Shown: positions 63,634-64,000 of the stretch, piece after piece | How the letters are laid out: the number at the start of each line of letters is the position of its first letter | Position numbering within the stretch: position 1 is the stretch's first letter | DNA from: a virus | IMG/VR virus record: IMGVR_UViG_3300025617_000015 | Span: 7,197-71,196 of that record | Strand: one strand, 5' to 3' | Length of the DNA: 64,000 nt | Translations under genes and position numbers: made by a program | The notes under the pieces: generated by a model | What the model saw: only the letters and a program-made list of their open reading frames with translations | The model's database searches: none | What the model was told of the DNA's origin: nothing

Positions 63634-64000
63634 ATGAAAGTAGTTTTAGTAACAGGCGGGTTTGATCCCTTACACTCAGGGCATCTAGCCTATTTCAAAG
63701 AAGCAAAGAAACTCGGCGACAAACTTATTGTTGGCGTGAATAGTGATGCATGGCTTACACGTAAAAAAGGTAGACCTTTTATGCCTTTTAACGAGCGTGT
63801 TGCACTTATAGAGGAAATGGAAATTGTCGACCAAGTAACATATGTTATGAACGACGATAGGAATGACGATGCAGGTGGAGCAATTTTCCATACACTAGCA
63901 ACTCATGGCAATATCGAAATCATCTTTGCAAACGGCGGAGATCGTAAAGAAGGTAATGTCCCAGAAGAAGAACAATGGGGCGAAGATCCTCGTGTAACGT
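63634..64000 (+). CDS. cytidylyltransferase (TagD/RfaE domain II-like), 3'-truncated (not in the ORF track)
   Basis: MKVVLVTGGFDPLHSGHLAYFKEAKKLGDKLIVGVNSD..KKGRPFMPFNER..FANGGDR. Runs off the window end. Confidence 0.88.
   Translation, partial: MKVVLVTGGFDPLHSGHLAYFKEAKKLGDKLIVGVNSDAWLTRKKGRPFMPFNERVALIEEMEIVDQVTYVMNDDRNDDAGGAIFHTLATHGNIEIIFANGGDRKEGNVPEEEQWGEDPRVT

Noticed and set aside
63685-63891. 68-aa minus-strand ORF from the track
   Set aside because: It is antisense to the clear cytidylyltransferase that starts at 63634.
1-64000. Stop-codon reassignment, tRNA genes, integrase or transposase
   Set aside because: TAA, TAG and TGA all end genes and coding density is high under the standard code. 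No cloverleaf or recombinase motifs were recognised by eye. tRNAscan-SE was not run.

Overview
This window is 64 kb of a large, AT-rich T4-like (myovirus) phage genome, probably aquatic. From left to right it holds: the end of the prohead scaffold gene and the gp23-like major capsid gene; an unannotated 23-aa pqqA (PQQ precursor peptide), suggesting a methylotroph host such as Methylophilaceae; about 24 kb of tail, baseplate and fibre genes, including two giant paralogs and three tandem Gly-rich fibres; a 12-kb accessory island with 4 flavin-dependent halogenases, 7 2OG-Fe(II) oxygenases and 2 paralogous unknowns; a fibre-like protein with a type-1 copper-like tip; neck, tail-completion, sheath, tube, gp4 and terminase genes; two sulfotransferases; probable internal head proteins; gp32, UvsX and UvsY; and a cassette of APS kinase, a DUF2061-like protein and nucleotidyltransferases. 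The most interesting candidates are (1) a phage tailoring system (halogenation, hydroxylation, sulfation) next to the receptor-binding fibres, (2) an E-N-F-punctuated, possibly capsid-packaged polyprotein carrying a sigma-70 region 4 module, (3) a leaderless late-gene architecture TAA(A/G)TA-N5-ATG, (4) two pseudoknot-capable late leaders, and (5) phage pqqA. All family calls come from motif recognition by eye. No database searches were run. No tRNA, CRISPR array, intron or intein was recognised.
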